Assembly: GCA_963768615.1 (NCBI GenBank) | Contig: CAVYIE010000007.1 | Coordinates: 1,356,648-1,420,647, forward strand | From: Candidatus Eiseniibacteriota bacterium | Lineage (GTDB): Bacteria; Eisenbacteria; RBG-16-71-46; JABDJR01 | Direction: 5' to 3' | Length of the DNA: 64,000 bases | In this document: piece after piece, positions 18,771 to 29,560 of the stretch | How positions within the stretch are numbered: the first letter of the stretch is position 1 | Layout of the letters: each line of letters opens with the position of its first letter | The notes under the pieces: generated by a model | The model's input: only the letters and a program-made list of their open reading frames with translations | Database searches by the model: none | What the model was told of the DNA's origin: nothing | Made by a program: the position numbers and the translations under genes

Positions 18771-18810
18771 GTGTCCAAGTGGACACGGGCCTCCGTGTAC
18801 AAGCGGACAC
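18771..18810. promoter_or_regulatory. Tandem palindromic upstream activator sites GTGTCC-N4-GGACAC
   Basis: GTGTCCAAGTGGACAC (18771-18786) and GTGTACAAGCGGACAC (18795-18810), ~100-135 bp upstream of the sigma54 promoter. Confidence 0.7.
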
Positions 18811-18821
18811 GCTGCGGGGGA

Positions 18822-20178
<1,357 letters not shown>

Positions 20179-20182
<4 letters not shown>

Positions 20183-21939
20183 GCTCGCCCTCCCTTGGCG
20201 GGCAACCGGACGGTGAACCGGGCGCCCCCGGCGGGCCCGTTCCCGGCCCGGACCGTCCCGTCCAGGTCGGAGACCAGGCGGCGCACGATGGAGAGGCCCA
20301 GCCCGGCTCCGGACTTCTTGGTGGTATAGAAGTCGTTGAAGATATCATCCAGGTGTTCGGCGGGGATACCGGGCCCGGTGTCGCTCACCGAGAGCTGGAC
20401 CTGGCTCCCGCCGTCGTCCCCGGCGGCGCGTCCCGTGGCCACGGTCACCGTGCCGCCCGCCTCGCCGAGGCTCTCCACCGCGTTGCGGATCAGGTTCTCC
20501 AGGATCCTGCGGATGGCCACCGGGTCCGCCTGCACCGGCGGCAGTTCCGGATCCGGTTTCATCTCCAGGGTCACCCGTTCCGGTCCCGAGAAGGCGGCCC
20601 GGACCTGGTCCAGGGTGTCGTTCACGTTCCAGGTCACCGGAGCCCCGGTGACCGAGAGCCGGGCGTAGTGATGGGCGAGAAGCTCCAGGTACTCCAGGCT
20701 CTGCTCCACGCTCTCCTGGCGCTCGGCGAACACCCGCGCCAGCCCCTCCGGCTTCTCCCGGGCCACCTGGCGCAGGTGCCGGAAGGTGTTGCGGAGCGGG
20801 GTGAGCCCGTTCCAGATGTCGTGATTGACCTGCCGGGCCATGTCCCCCTGGGTGGCGCGGCGTTCGGCGTCCCGAAGCCGCTCCGCGCTCGCCCGCAACC
20901 GCCGCATCATGTCGGCCAGGAAGCGGCTCAGGGTTCCCACCTCGTCCCGGCGCCGGCTCTCGAACCGGCCGTCGAGGTGGTCCAGGTCCAGGGTCTCGGT
21001 CCGCCGGGAGAGATCGACGATGGGCCGGCTGATGGCGGCCGAGAACCACACGGCCAGGATCAGGGTGCCCAGGGCGGTGGCGGCCAGGGCCCCGGCCAGC
21101 CAGGCGTCCAGGCTCCGGAGCAGGCGGTGGAGCGGCCCCAGGGGATAGCTGATCAGCACCTGGGCCTCGGCCAGGCGGGCCGGCTCGCTGCCCGTGACCA
21201 CGAAGGGGATGGACAGGCTGCGCACCAGGTACCGGTCGCGGGGCAGGACCGTCCGCCAGGAGGCCCCCTTCCCGCTGTCGGGCAGGGCGGCCAGGCGGAC
21301 GGCGAGGGAGTCGTCCGAGGACAGGGCGTCTCCCGGTACCAGGAGCGACACCGCCAGCTCCCGGTCCCGGGCCAGGCCGGAGAGGAAGCTCCGGTCCACC
21401 TGCATTCCGCCCACCACGGAGAAGGTCTCTCCGGCCATGGAGAAGCGCTCCAGGCGGGCCAGGGCGAGGAAGCTGCCCGTGGCCAGCCGGGCCCGGGTGA
21501 GGGCGGTGGAATCGGGCGCCTCGGCCAACCGGCGGGGCAGCCCCGGCTCCCGCCGGTCGTACTCGTTCCGGAAGTGCCCGGAGCTCAGGATCCGCCCCGA
21601 GGAGTCCTGGATCTGGAGCATGGAGAGGCCCATCAGCCCCATGGCGCGTCCGGCGTAGTCGAGCAGGTAGGTCCGCTCGCTGGCAATGCCCGCCACCGCG
21701 GCCAGCCGGAACTGGTTGTCGTCGACGATCCGGGGGACCAGGATGGCCAGCCGGGTGTCCACCGACCGCCCCCGCTCGCCCAGGTTCTCCTGGATCACCT
21801 CGGCCAGGGTTTCCACCCGGCGGTCGTACTGCTCGGACAGGCGGCGGGACATCTCCTGCCGGATACCGAGGGCGAGCAGGGCCAGGGGCACCAGGACCAG
21901 GATGGTGGACGCGGCCAGGATGCGCAGCCGGAGGCTCAA
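20179..21939 (-). CDS. Membrane sensor histidine kinase (2 TM, periplasmic domain, HAMP, HisKA, HATPase)
   Basis: TTG start overlaps the SBP stop; QVNHDIWNGL H-box, NLIRNA, DTGPGI, FYTTK, GLGL. Confidence 0.92.
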
Positions 21940-23492
21940 GGCACCACCTCCTCCGCGTCCGCGGACCACCCCAGCCGGTCCAGGAGGAGGGTGCCGTCCC
22001 CGTCCACCCGCAGCCCGGCCAGGGTCCGGCGCACGGCCGCCTGGGGCCGGGTCCGCACCAGGGGCAGCGCGGCCAGGCCCAGCCGGTACGGGCTCCCGGA
22101 GGTGCATCCTCCGGCCAGGCACCGGAGCCAGGGCGCGTCGGCCACCAGGGCCCGGGCCTCGCGGCAGGGAGGGGCGAAGGCGCGCACCAGGGGCACCACG
22201 TAGGCGATGTCGCTGCCCGAGGCCAGCTGCTCGCGGAACTGCACCCCGGTCAGCGCCTCGGCCCGCGGTCCCCCGCCCTCCCGGCCCAGGGCCTCCAGCG
22301 CGGCGGCGGCGCCGGCACCCCCGCCGGTCTCCTTGGACGCCGAACCCAGGGCCACCACCCGCTCGGCCAGCCGCTCGGCGTCGGTATCCCCCGACGGGTA
22401 GACGACCCGGTTGCTGAGCGGAGCGCTCGGCCACACCGTGCGCGGTGCCGGAGCGGGAGGCGTGGCCGGGCAGGGCGCCCCCCCGGAACCGGCGAAGGAG
22501 AACCCGGCCGCCCCCTGGGCGGCGGAGACGGCCACGTCCCGGGCCAGTTCCTCCCCCAGTTTGCCCGAGGCGGGCGGGGAGCCGGAGCCCGAGGGATCGA
22601 AGGCGGTCCCCCCTTCCCCCGTCCGCACCGGCGAAACCAGCACGTAGAGCCGGTCGAAGGGGAGCTCCCGCATGACGTAGCCGGGAAGGCTGGACGCGTA
22701 GTCCACCGCGCCCCGGTCCCGGAGCAGCATGAGATCCACCTTGGGGGTGAAGACGTCGCGGGGATCGGCCCCGGGGTGGATGCCGACGCGGATGACCGAG
22801 AGCGCCGGCTCCGAGCGTCCGGTGGTCACCGGGAGCAGGGCCAGGTCGTAGCCGGACGCGTCGCCGGGACGGTAGGGCCCGGTGCCCATGGGCCAGGCGG
22901 AATCCTCGCTCGGCTTGGCCACGGCCAGGGCGGGATGGGCGAAGAGGGCGGGACTCTCCCCCAGGGGGGCGGTCAGGGCGACCCGGACCTCACGGTCCCC
23001 GGAAACCGACACCGACTCGGGACGGATCCAGATCCAGGGCAGCGACGCCGATCCGGACGCGTGCATCCCCCGCGTTCGCCGCCAGGCCGCGCTCACCGCC
23101 TGGGGCCAGATGGGGACTCCGTCCCAGAATCGCGCCCCGGCCCGGAGGGTGAAGGTCCAGATCCGCCCGTCCTCCGTGGACCGCCAGCCTTCGGCCAGTC
23201 CGGGAACGACCTCCCCCTCGCAGTCGATGCGGACCAGGGTCTCGTACAGCTGGCGGAAGATCAGCCGTTCGGCGTCGTTGTCGGGAAGGGGGGCATGGCG
23301 GGGGTTCACCGAGGCGTCCAGGGCCAGGGCCACCGGAGCCCCGTGATCGGCGGGACCGGGACCCACGTAACAGGGCGCCGCGGCCGGACCGGGCACCTCC
23401 GGCCGCCCGGCGGGGGGAGCGCATCCCGCGGCCACGGCCATCAGCGCCGCCCAAAGCACGAGTCGTAGCGAGCATCTACCGGCCGGTTTCAT
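21936..23492 (-). CDS. Family 5 (peptide/nickel-type) substrate-binding lipoprotein
   Basis: Lipobox AAGC; LYETLVRID..GEVVPGLAEGW..DGRIWTFTLR..ARFWDG; GTGPY. Confidence 0.82.
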   Translation of the reverse strand: MKPAGRCSLRLVLWAALMAVAAGCAPPAGRPEVPGPAAAPCYVGPGPADHGAPVALALDASVNPRHAPLPDNDAERLIFRQLYETLVRIDCEGEVVPGLAEGWRSTEDGRIWTFTLRAGARFWDGVPIWPQAVSAAWRRTRGMHASGSASLPWIWIRPESVSVSGDREVRVALTAPLGESPALFAHPALAVAKPSEDSAWPMGTGPYRPGDASGYDLALLPVTTGRSEPALSVIRVGIHPGADPRDVFTPKVDLMLLRDRGAVDYASSLPGYVMRELPFDRLYVLVSPVRTGEGGTAFDPSGSGSPPASGKLGEELARDVAVSAAQGAAGFSFAGSGGAPCPATPPAPAPRTVWPSAPLSNRVVYPSGDTDAERLAERVVALGSASKETGGGAGAAAALEALGREGGGPRAEALTGVQFREQLASGSDIAYVVPLVRAFAPPCREARALVADAPWLRCLAGGCTSGSPYRLGLAALPLVRTRPQAAVRRTLAGLRVDGDGTLLLDRLGWSADAEEVVP

Positions 23493-23704
23493 TCCAGGGC
23501 TCCAGGGATGGACCGCGCGGGGTTGCGCGGCCGGGGGAAGAATCCCGATCAGGAACCGAAGTCTAGCAGGACCCGCCGGCACCGGTCTTCACGGCGAAGG
23601 CCGCCGCCTTTCCCCGCCCGCCCGCGCGGGTTAGAGTCGGAAGCGGGCCGGGACGCGTGCGCCCGCCGTCTCCGGCCGCGCACCCGCGGGCGAGGCGAGG
23701 CTCC

Positions 23705-24193
23705 ATGAAGACCCACACCGGGGCCGCCCGGGCCTGGTTGATCTGGGACGGCGGCTGAGGATTCTGCTGCCGGGCGGTGACCTGGGCCCGGCGGCGCGGC
23801 GCGGAGCGCCGCTTCCGCATCGTCTCCTACCAGGACGCGCCCTCCCCCCCCATGACCCCCGCCCTGAGGGAACGGGCCCGGCGCGCGGTGCAGGTGCTGA
23901 CCCCCGAGGGACGCCGGCTGGAGGCCGGGCGCGCCTCGCTCTACGTGCTGGCCCGGGTGGGCTACCCGGGCGCGGCCCGGGTGCTCTCCCTGCCCCCGTT
24001 CTCATGGGCGGTGGAGCTGGGCTACCGCGGCGTGGCCGCCAACCGCCGGTTCCTGGAGCGCTGGCTCTCCCGCGATCCACGGCGCTGCCGGGCCGAGGAC
24101 CGGAACCGGGTCGGCGTCCCGGACGCCGACCCACCCTCCCCTGCATCCGGCGGAGGAGGCGGTCACTCCTCCAGCATTCGCAGCCAGCGGTAG
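23705..24193 (+). CDS. DCC/DUF393-family thiol-disulfide oxidoreductase, predicted selenoprotein (UGA=Sec at 23756-23758)
   Basis: ATG 23705: MKTHTGAARAWLIWDGG-TGA-GFCCRAV in frame with ORF 23777..24193 (GYRGVAANR); UGA occupies the first Cys of DGxCxxC. Confidence 0.85.
23766..23795 (+). promoter_or_regulatory. Putative bacterial SECIS hairpin of the DCC gene
   Basis: 10-bp stem GCUGCCGGGC/GCCCGGCGGC, loop GGUGACCUGG starting 17 nt after the UGA. Confidence 0.65.
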
Positions 24194-25476
24194 ATCGACG
24201 CCCGGGCGTAGCCGGTGTGACGGACCCAGGCCTCGATGTCCCGTCCCAGGAGCGCGTGCACCTCGCGCAGGTAGGCGTCCTCGACCCGGGACAGGACCGC
24301 GCGCCACGGCAGGCGGGCCAGCTCGGCGATGGCGGGAAGCTCCGGCCGCTCACCGGATCCGGACGTGAGGGCGCCGGCGCCGTGGATCACCGCCCGCCTC
24401 AGGTCGTGGAAGTTCTCCGGCCAACCGCACGCGGCCAGCTCCGGCAGGTCGGCGGGGCGGAGCGCCCCCAGGCCGTGCTCCCCGGGACGGCCTTCCAGCC
24501 GGGCCAGGCGGGCGGCGTGGAACTCCAGGTCCTCCGCCTGCTCGCGGAGCGGGGGAACCTCCACCGTCCACGGTTTCCAGAAGGCGGCCAGCGGGGGCGA
24601 CCAGTCCCGGTCCCCGCCGCCGCCGGTGCGGCGCGAGCAGATGACCCGGGCGCTCAACCGGCGCGTCCGGGCGCTGCCCACCCGCCGGTAGCCACCCGAG
24701 GCCAGGGCCAGGCGCAGTCGCTCCAGCCGGTCCTCGGGAAGATCCTCGAGCCCCTGCACGAACACCGTGCCCCGGGCCGCCGCGCCCAGGGCGCCGGGAA
24801 GGCCGTTCCCCCGCCCCTCCACGCCGTAGAACTCCCGCTCGAACTCGTCGGCGTCCCGCGAGCGTGCGCTCACGGGAATGAACGGCCCCGAGGCGACCCG
24901 GGACCGGGCATGGATCCAGCGGGCGGCGGTGAGCTTCCCGCAGCCCAACTCCCCGGTCAGGAGGAGGGGCTGGAGCCCCTCCTCGTAGGGGCGGAGAAGC
25001 TCACGCAGGGCTCGCGCCGCCTCGCACCCGTTCCAGGGAAAGTCCTCCGCCTCGGGAACCGCGTCCAGCAGGTTCCGGTAGTGGCCCAGCTCGTCGGTGA
25101 GCAGGCTGTGCTCGATGGCCTGGCCCACCTCGCGCCGGAAGGTGCCCGGATCCAGACGCTCGTCCTTGTTGATATAGGGAATCCCCTCCACCAGGGCCCG
25201 GCTGGTGGTATTGGTTCCGGCATAGATGGTGAGGAGGATCACCGGAAAGCGGTGCCCCTCCTTCCGGAGCCTCTGGTGCACGGTGAACCCGTCCTCGTCC
25301 AGGCCGAGGGCCAGGTCCAGGAGGAGGAGGTCCGGGGTTCGCGCTTCCAGGGCCACGAACAGCGCTTCCGGTGCGGCGAAGGTCTGGATCTCGAAATCCT
25401 TGCCCAGGAGGTGGACCGCCTCCCGGCGGAACCCCTCCTCGTCGTCCAGCAGCATGACCAACGGCCTCGGAATCAT
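24163..25476 (-). CDS. Atypical NtrC-like response regulator (intact REC, degenerate AAA+, HTH)
   Basis: LLDDE, LLLDL, T and K of REC present; Walker A GELGCGK; no GAFTGA; Walker B reads VFVQG; C-terminal ARASIYRW HTH. Confidence 0.82.
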   Translation of the reverse strand: MIPRPLVMLLDDEEGFRREAVHLLGKDFEIQTFAAPEALFVALEARTPDLLLLDLALGLDEDGFTVHQRLRKEGHRFPVILLTIYAGTNTTSRALVEGIPYINKDERLDPGTFRREVGQAIEHSLLTDELGHYRNLLDAVPEAEDFPWNGCEAARALRELLRPYEEGLQPLLLTGELGCGKLTAARWIHARSRVASGPFIPVSARSRDADEFEREFYGVEGRGNGLPGALGAAARGTVFVQGLEDLPEDRLERLRLALASGGYRRVGSARTRRLSARVICSRRTGGGGDRDWSPPLAAFWKPWTVEVPPLREQAEDLEFHAARLARLEGRPGEHGLGALRPADLPELAACGWPENFHDLRRAVIHGAGALTSGSGERPELPAIAELARLPWRAVLSRVEDAYLREVHALLGRDIEAWVRHTGYARASIYRWLRMLEE

Positions 25477-25509
25477 GTTGATCCATCCTCCCCGGGACCG
25501 GAGTCCCGT

Positions 25510-28500
25510 TCAGACGTTGTCGAACCGGGGCACCCGCACCTCGGCCCGGACCCCCCCGCCGGGGGCGTCCGTGATCCGTGCCTTCCCGCCGTAGGCGGCC
25601 AGGATCTGGTTCAGGCGCGTGAGCCCGGAGCGGGAGCCCGGGCGCCCGTCGCGGGCCCACTCCGCCTCCACCGAGGCCCCGTCGTCCCACACCCCCAGCA
25701 CCGCGACCTTCGGCCCCTGGGCGGCCACCGTCACCCGGATGGTCCCCGGAACCGGGACCTTCTTCCCGGCGTTGGCCAGGAACTCGTCCAGGCAGGCGAA
25801 GGCGTCGGCCGCGCTCAGGGGAAACCGCCGGCCCAGGTCGGAGTCCTCGATCTCGCAGACCGGTACCGGGCCGGTCCCGCCGTGGTGGGTACGGAAGCGC
25901 ACCACCCGCTCCAGCACCTCCGCCGGGGCGCAGCTGAACCGCTCGACCAGCGGCCCCTGGATGAGGGTCAGCGAGGTCCGGAGCGCGCTCCCCGCTTCCA
26001 GGAGGCGCTCCGGGTCCGCGATCTCCTCCCCGCAGACGCGCTCCAGCTCCCGGATAGCCCGGTCGGCCGTCCGGGCCCCCTCCAGGCCCAGTTCCCAGGC
26101 CACCTCGACCGCGCGCCGGAGGCGGGCCAGCACCTCGGGGGGCAGGTACTCCCGGAAGGGAGGATCGGCGGGAACCGCCGCCTCTCCGCCTCCGTTCCGG
26201 GCCCCGGCCCGGACCGCCCGGGCCGCCCGGGAGACCCCGGCCAGGGCCAGCCGCCAGTGGGCATGGGACGAGAAGCCCACCACCGAGAGGAGCTCCCTCC
26301 ACATGCGCTCCTCGTCCCGGACCCGCCGCCGCCTCCGGATCCCCGCCCCCAGGAGGATCAACCCGGCCGCCGCGGCCAGCCCGGCCGCGGCCCGGGCCCC
26401 CGGCTCGCGGGCCGCCGCCCGCGGGATCTCGCTCCAGGTGGGAAGCCGCCAGCGCGCCCAGGACCCGATCGCCGCCGCTTTACCCCGCCAGCCCGGGGGG
26501 CGGCCCGGCGTCACCGTGACCCTGTCGCCGGGCAGGCCCGGCGGGGCCTCGGCGGGCGGACCGAAGCCCTGGACCGAGAGCCGCTCGCCCGCGGCGACCA
26601 GGAAGGGGGCCGTCCCGCCCCGATGGGTGGAGGTGCGGAGTACGCTCCAGGGCCGGGGACCGGCGCCGGTGAGCCGCGCCCCGATCCCGCCCGAGTTGGG
26701 TCCGGGGCGGCGGAGCTGGACCCGGCGCACCGGCCCGGTGCCGGGCAGGGGAACCACCTGGGGGCCATCCTCCCGGGACAGCACCGCCTCCACCGTCCCG
26801 TCGCCGTCCAGGTCGGCGAGGAAGACCATCTCCGCGCCGGCCAGGGAATCCGGACGATCGGTGAGGGTCAGCCGGCCCGGCCGCACGCCCGGCTCCTCCG
26901 GCGCCCTCCGCACGGGATCGAAGTCGTAGGCGACCAGGCCGTCCATCTCCTCCAGGGTCACCAGCTCGGGGCCCCCGGCGCCGTTCACGTCGGCCATGAC
27001 CGCGTCCCCGGTGACCTGGCCCCCCTCCATCCCCCAGGCCGTGGTCACGTCCTCGAAGCGGAAGCCGCCCCGGTTCAGGAGCATGAAGTTGTTGCCGCTC
27101 ACTTCGGGCCGGGCCGAGATGTTCACCACCGGCGCGTAGAGATCCAGACGGCCGTCGCCGTCCAGGTCGGCCACCACCAGCGTGCGCTGGAATCCCTCGT
27201 CCATGACCGCGACCTGGACGCGCCTGCCGAACCGGCCCGGCCCCAGACCGGGGAACGCCGCCAGCCCGTACACCCCGGTCAGGCAGGCCAGATCCAGGAC
27301 CCCGTCCCCATCCAGGTCGGCGAGGCGGATGTGGTAGATCCCGTGCAGGTTCGGATAGCCCGAGCCCTCCACCGGCCGGGCGGCGGCGAACCCCGCCTTC
27401 CCCCGCCCCTCCAACCGCTGAAGCCGCGGGTGCGCGTTGTCCCCCATGAGGTGATAGCCCAGGTAGAGGTCCAGATCCCCGTCCCCGTCGTCGTCGGCGA
27501 GCTCCAGGGCGGTGAGGATCGCCCCCAGCTCCGGCACGGGAACGCGGAGGGTGTCGCCCCGGAACCCGCCCCGGCGGTTCCAGAGCAGATGCAGCGTCTC
27601 CCCGTCCGATTCCGCGGCCACCAGGTCCAGGTCGCCGTCCCCGTCCAGGTCCCCGGCGACCATGATATCCAGGGCCTCCGGCCGGGCCAGGGCGTCCTTC
27701 CGCGGGGAACGGCGGTACCCTCCGGTCGCGGGATCGAAGACCCAGAGTTTCTCTCCGTGCTTCCAGGGGGTGACCACTTCGGGCACCCCGTCCCCGTCCA
27801 GGTCCGCGGGAAGGAAGCGGCCCTCGGTCACCTTGGGGCGGCGGCCGCGGGGGGGAGGAACGTGCCGGTCGCGGGCCCGTCCGTAGCTGAGGCGCCCGAG
27901 CCAGACCTCCTGCTGGTGGGGCAGGTCCATGCTGATCTCCACGCCGACGAAACGGCCCGGCTCCTCGGCGGCATCGTAGCCCTTGAGGCGGCCGAACTCC
28001 TGCACGTCGGCGATGGAGGTCCAGGCCTGCTGGTAGCGCCCCGGCGGACGGAAGAAGTCGTCCCCGTAGTCGTAGATGGAGTGGGAGGCGGCCAGCTGGA
28101 ACACGCGGCTCCGGTCGTCGATGAGGCTGAGAACGACCCGGTCCGCGGTCTTCATGTTGGCCACGTACCAGTCCCATCGCCAGAACTCCGCCTCCTCCCG
28201 GGAGAGGGGGGGGATTCCCAGGTCCGAGAACCTCAGGATGAAGGCTGGCGTTCGAGCCGGTGCGGCCGGAGGGGGCGTCGGCCCGGAAAACCCACATGGG
28301 ACGAAGTCCGGCATGACCCAGGCCGACCGACCCGTGCGCCCCCCCCGCCGGCGGCAGCGCCGTCCATTCGGCGCCGGAACGGGGGATGATCTGGTGGATC
28401 GGCTGCGCCGCGGCCGTTCCCACGGACAGCGCCAGCGCCGCCGCCGCGGCCAGGAGCCGGGCGGGTAACGCGATGGGGCGGCGGTGATTCCGGAGCGGCT

Positions 28501-28519
28501 TGGAGGAAACAGTCGGCAC
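25510..28519 (-). CDS. Sensor kinase-like protein with extracellular FG-GAP propeller and ASPIC/UnbV-like segment, TM and C-terminal HATPase-like domain; apparent frameshift at 28339-28346
   Basis: Signal peptide (LLAAAAALALSVGTAAA) in another frame; seven (A/G)DxDGDG-type repeats; NSGGIGARL; TM followed by RRRRR; EFLANAGK, VWDDGAS, SGL, GGGVRAEV. Confidence 0.75.
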
Positions 28520-28705
28520 GTGAAACCCGATGGAAGGCCGGAGCCAGGCGCTCCGGCATGGAAACGACTTTTCCGGTCATCGAGCTTCGCGGGGGAAGGC
28601 GAAGGGATTGGGATTATAGCGGAGCGGGGACGGGGAGAAAAGCCGGGTCGGGGCCGGCCACCGACGGGGGCCGCCCGTCCGCGCGCGGGGCGGTGAGCAA
28701 TGCGG

Positions 28706-28840
28706 CCTCAAGAGTTCTGGCGCCTCGGAGTGGATCAACGGCATTTGCACCGGGCCGGGTTTCCCCCAGGTCCCGCCGTGGCGGGACCACGTCCAGCCCG
28801 ATCCGTGCCGCGATTCATCCTCGGCGCCAGAACATCCAGG
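28706..28840. other. Long nested inverted repeat, candidate structured RNA or palindromic element
   Basis: GTTCTGGCGCC(28714-24)/GGCGCCAGAAC(28823-33), CGGCA/TGCCG, CGGGC/GCCCG, inner GGTCCCGCC/GGCGGGACC. Confidence 0.5.
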
Positions 28841-29058
28841 AAGATGCGTCAACTCGCAGGAGGCGTCTCCTCGCCCCCGATTGCAGTTTCCACATCCTGG
28901 GCAGCAATGACCACCCCATCCGCGCGGATTCGCGTCTCATTATTGAGACGAGGGTCCACATCGTTGAAAGATTTCTTCGATACGGCGCCGGCTTTGGTTC
29001 GATCGTGACGCGAAAACTCGATCCGTATCGCAGAACCCTCCGCCGCAGCCGGGCCGGA

Positions 29059-29526
29059 TCAGGCCGGTTTCACCGCCGCGCCCAGCTCGCCGGGCTTCCG
29101 GAGCATCTTGTCCACCTCGCCCAGGTGGCGGACTTCCTGCTCGATCATTCGCCGGGCGTACTCCTCGAGGGCGGTGGAGCGGTCCTCCACCGCGGCCAGG
29201 AGGTCCCGGTAGTGCTGAAGGCCCTCGCGCTCGTGTTCCACCGACTCCCGCAGGATGTCGCCGATGTCGTGCTTCTCGGTCTCCAGGAGCTTCCCGATGC
29301 CCAGGGAGGGATGCCCGCCGAGCTGGGTGATGAGCTCCCCGGCCTCGTGGGCGTGAGCCAGGCTCTCGGCGGCCTGCTCCCGGAGCCAGGAGGAGATGGG
29401 AATCCGGCTGTAACCGAAGACCATGAACGAATAGTGGGTGTAGCGGACGACCCCGGCCAGCTCCAGTTCCAGGATGTGGTTCAGCGCGGCAAGGACCCGG
29501 TCCCTGTCGGCGTCCTTCTCGAACAT
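29059..29526 (-). CDS. Bacterioferritin/ferritin-like protein
   Basis: LNHILELELAGVVRY, ESLAHA, ITQLGGHP, EQEVRH di-iron pattern. Confidence 0.88.
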   Translation of the reverse strand: MFEKDADRDRVLAALNHILELELAGVVRYTHYSFMVFGYSRIPISSWLREQAAESLAHAHEAGELITQLGGHPSLGIGKLLETEKHDIGDILRESVEHEREGLQHYRDLLAAVEDRSTALEEYARRMIEQEVRHLGEVDKMLRKPGELGAAVKPA

Positions 29527-29560
29527 GGTTCCTCCTCTCGGAATGGGATGCGGTACACGT

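Noticed and set aside
24004-28389. 1461-aa plus-strand ORF (likewise 40191..43511, 46162..48738 and many others)
   Set aside because: Antisense or off-frame shadows of well-supported genes; low-complexity G/P/R/A composition
28767-28790. CAGGTCC resembling the SRP RNA core, or tRNA-Sec given selD
   Set aside because: No GGAAGGAAGCAGC motif, UCA anticodon arm or T-loop
28849-29058. ~70 open codons in frame after the ferritin-like TGA (possible Sec or readthrough extension)
   Set aside because: The ferritin domain is complete before the stop, there is no redox-motif context and codon usage is atypical; at most a gene remnant
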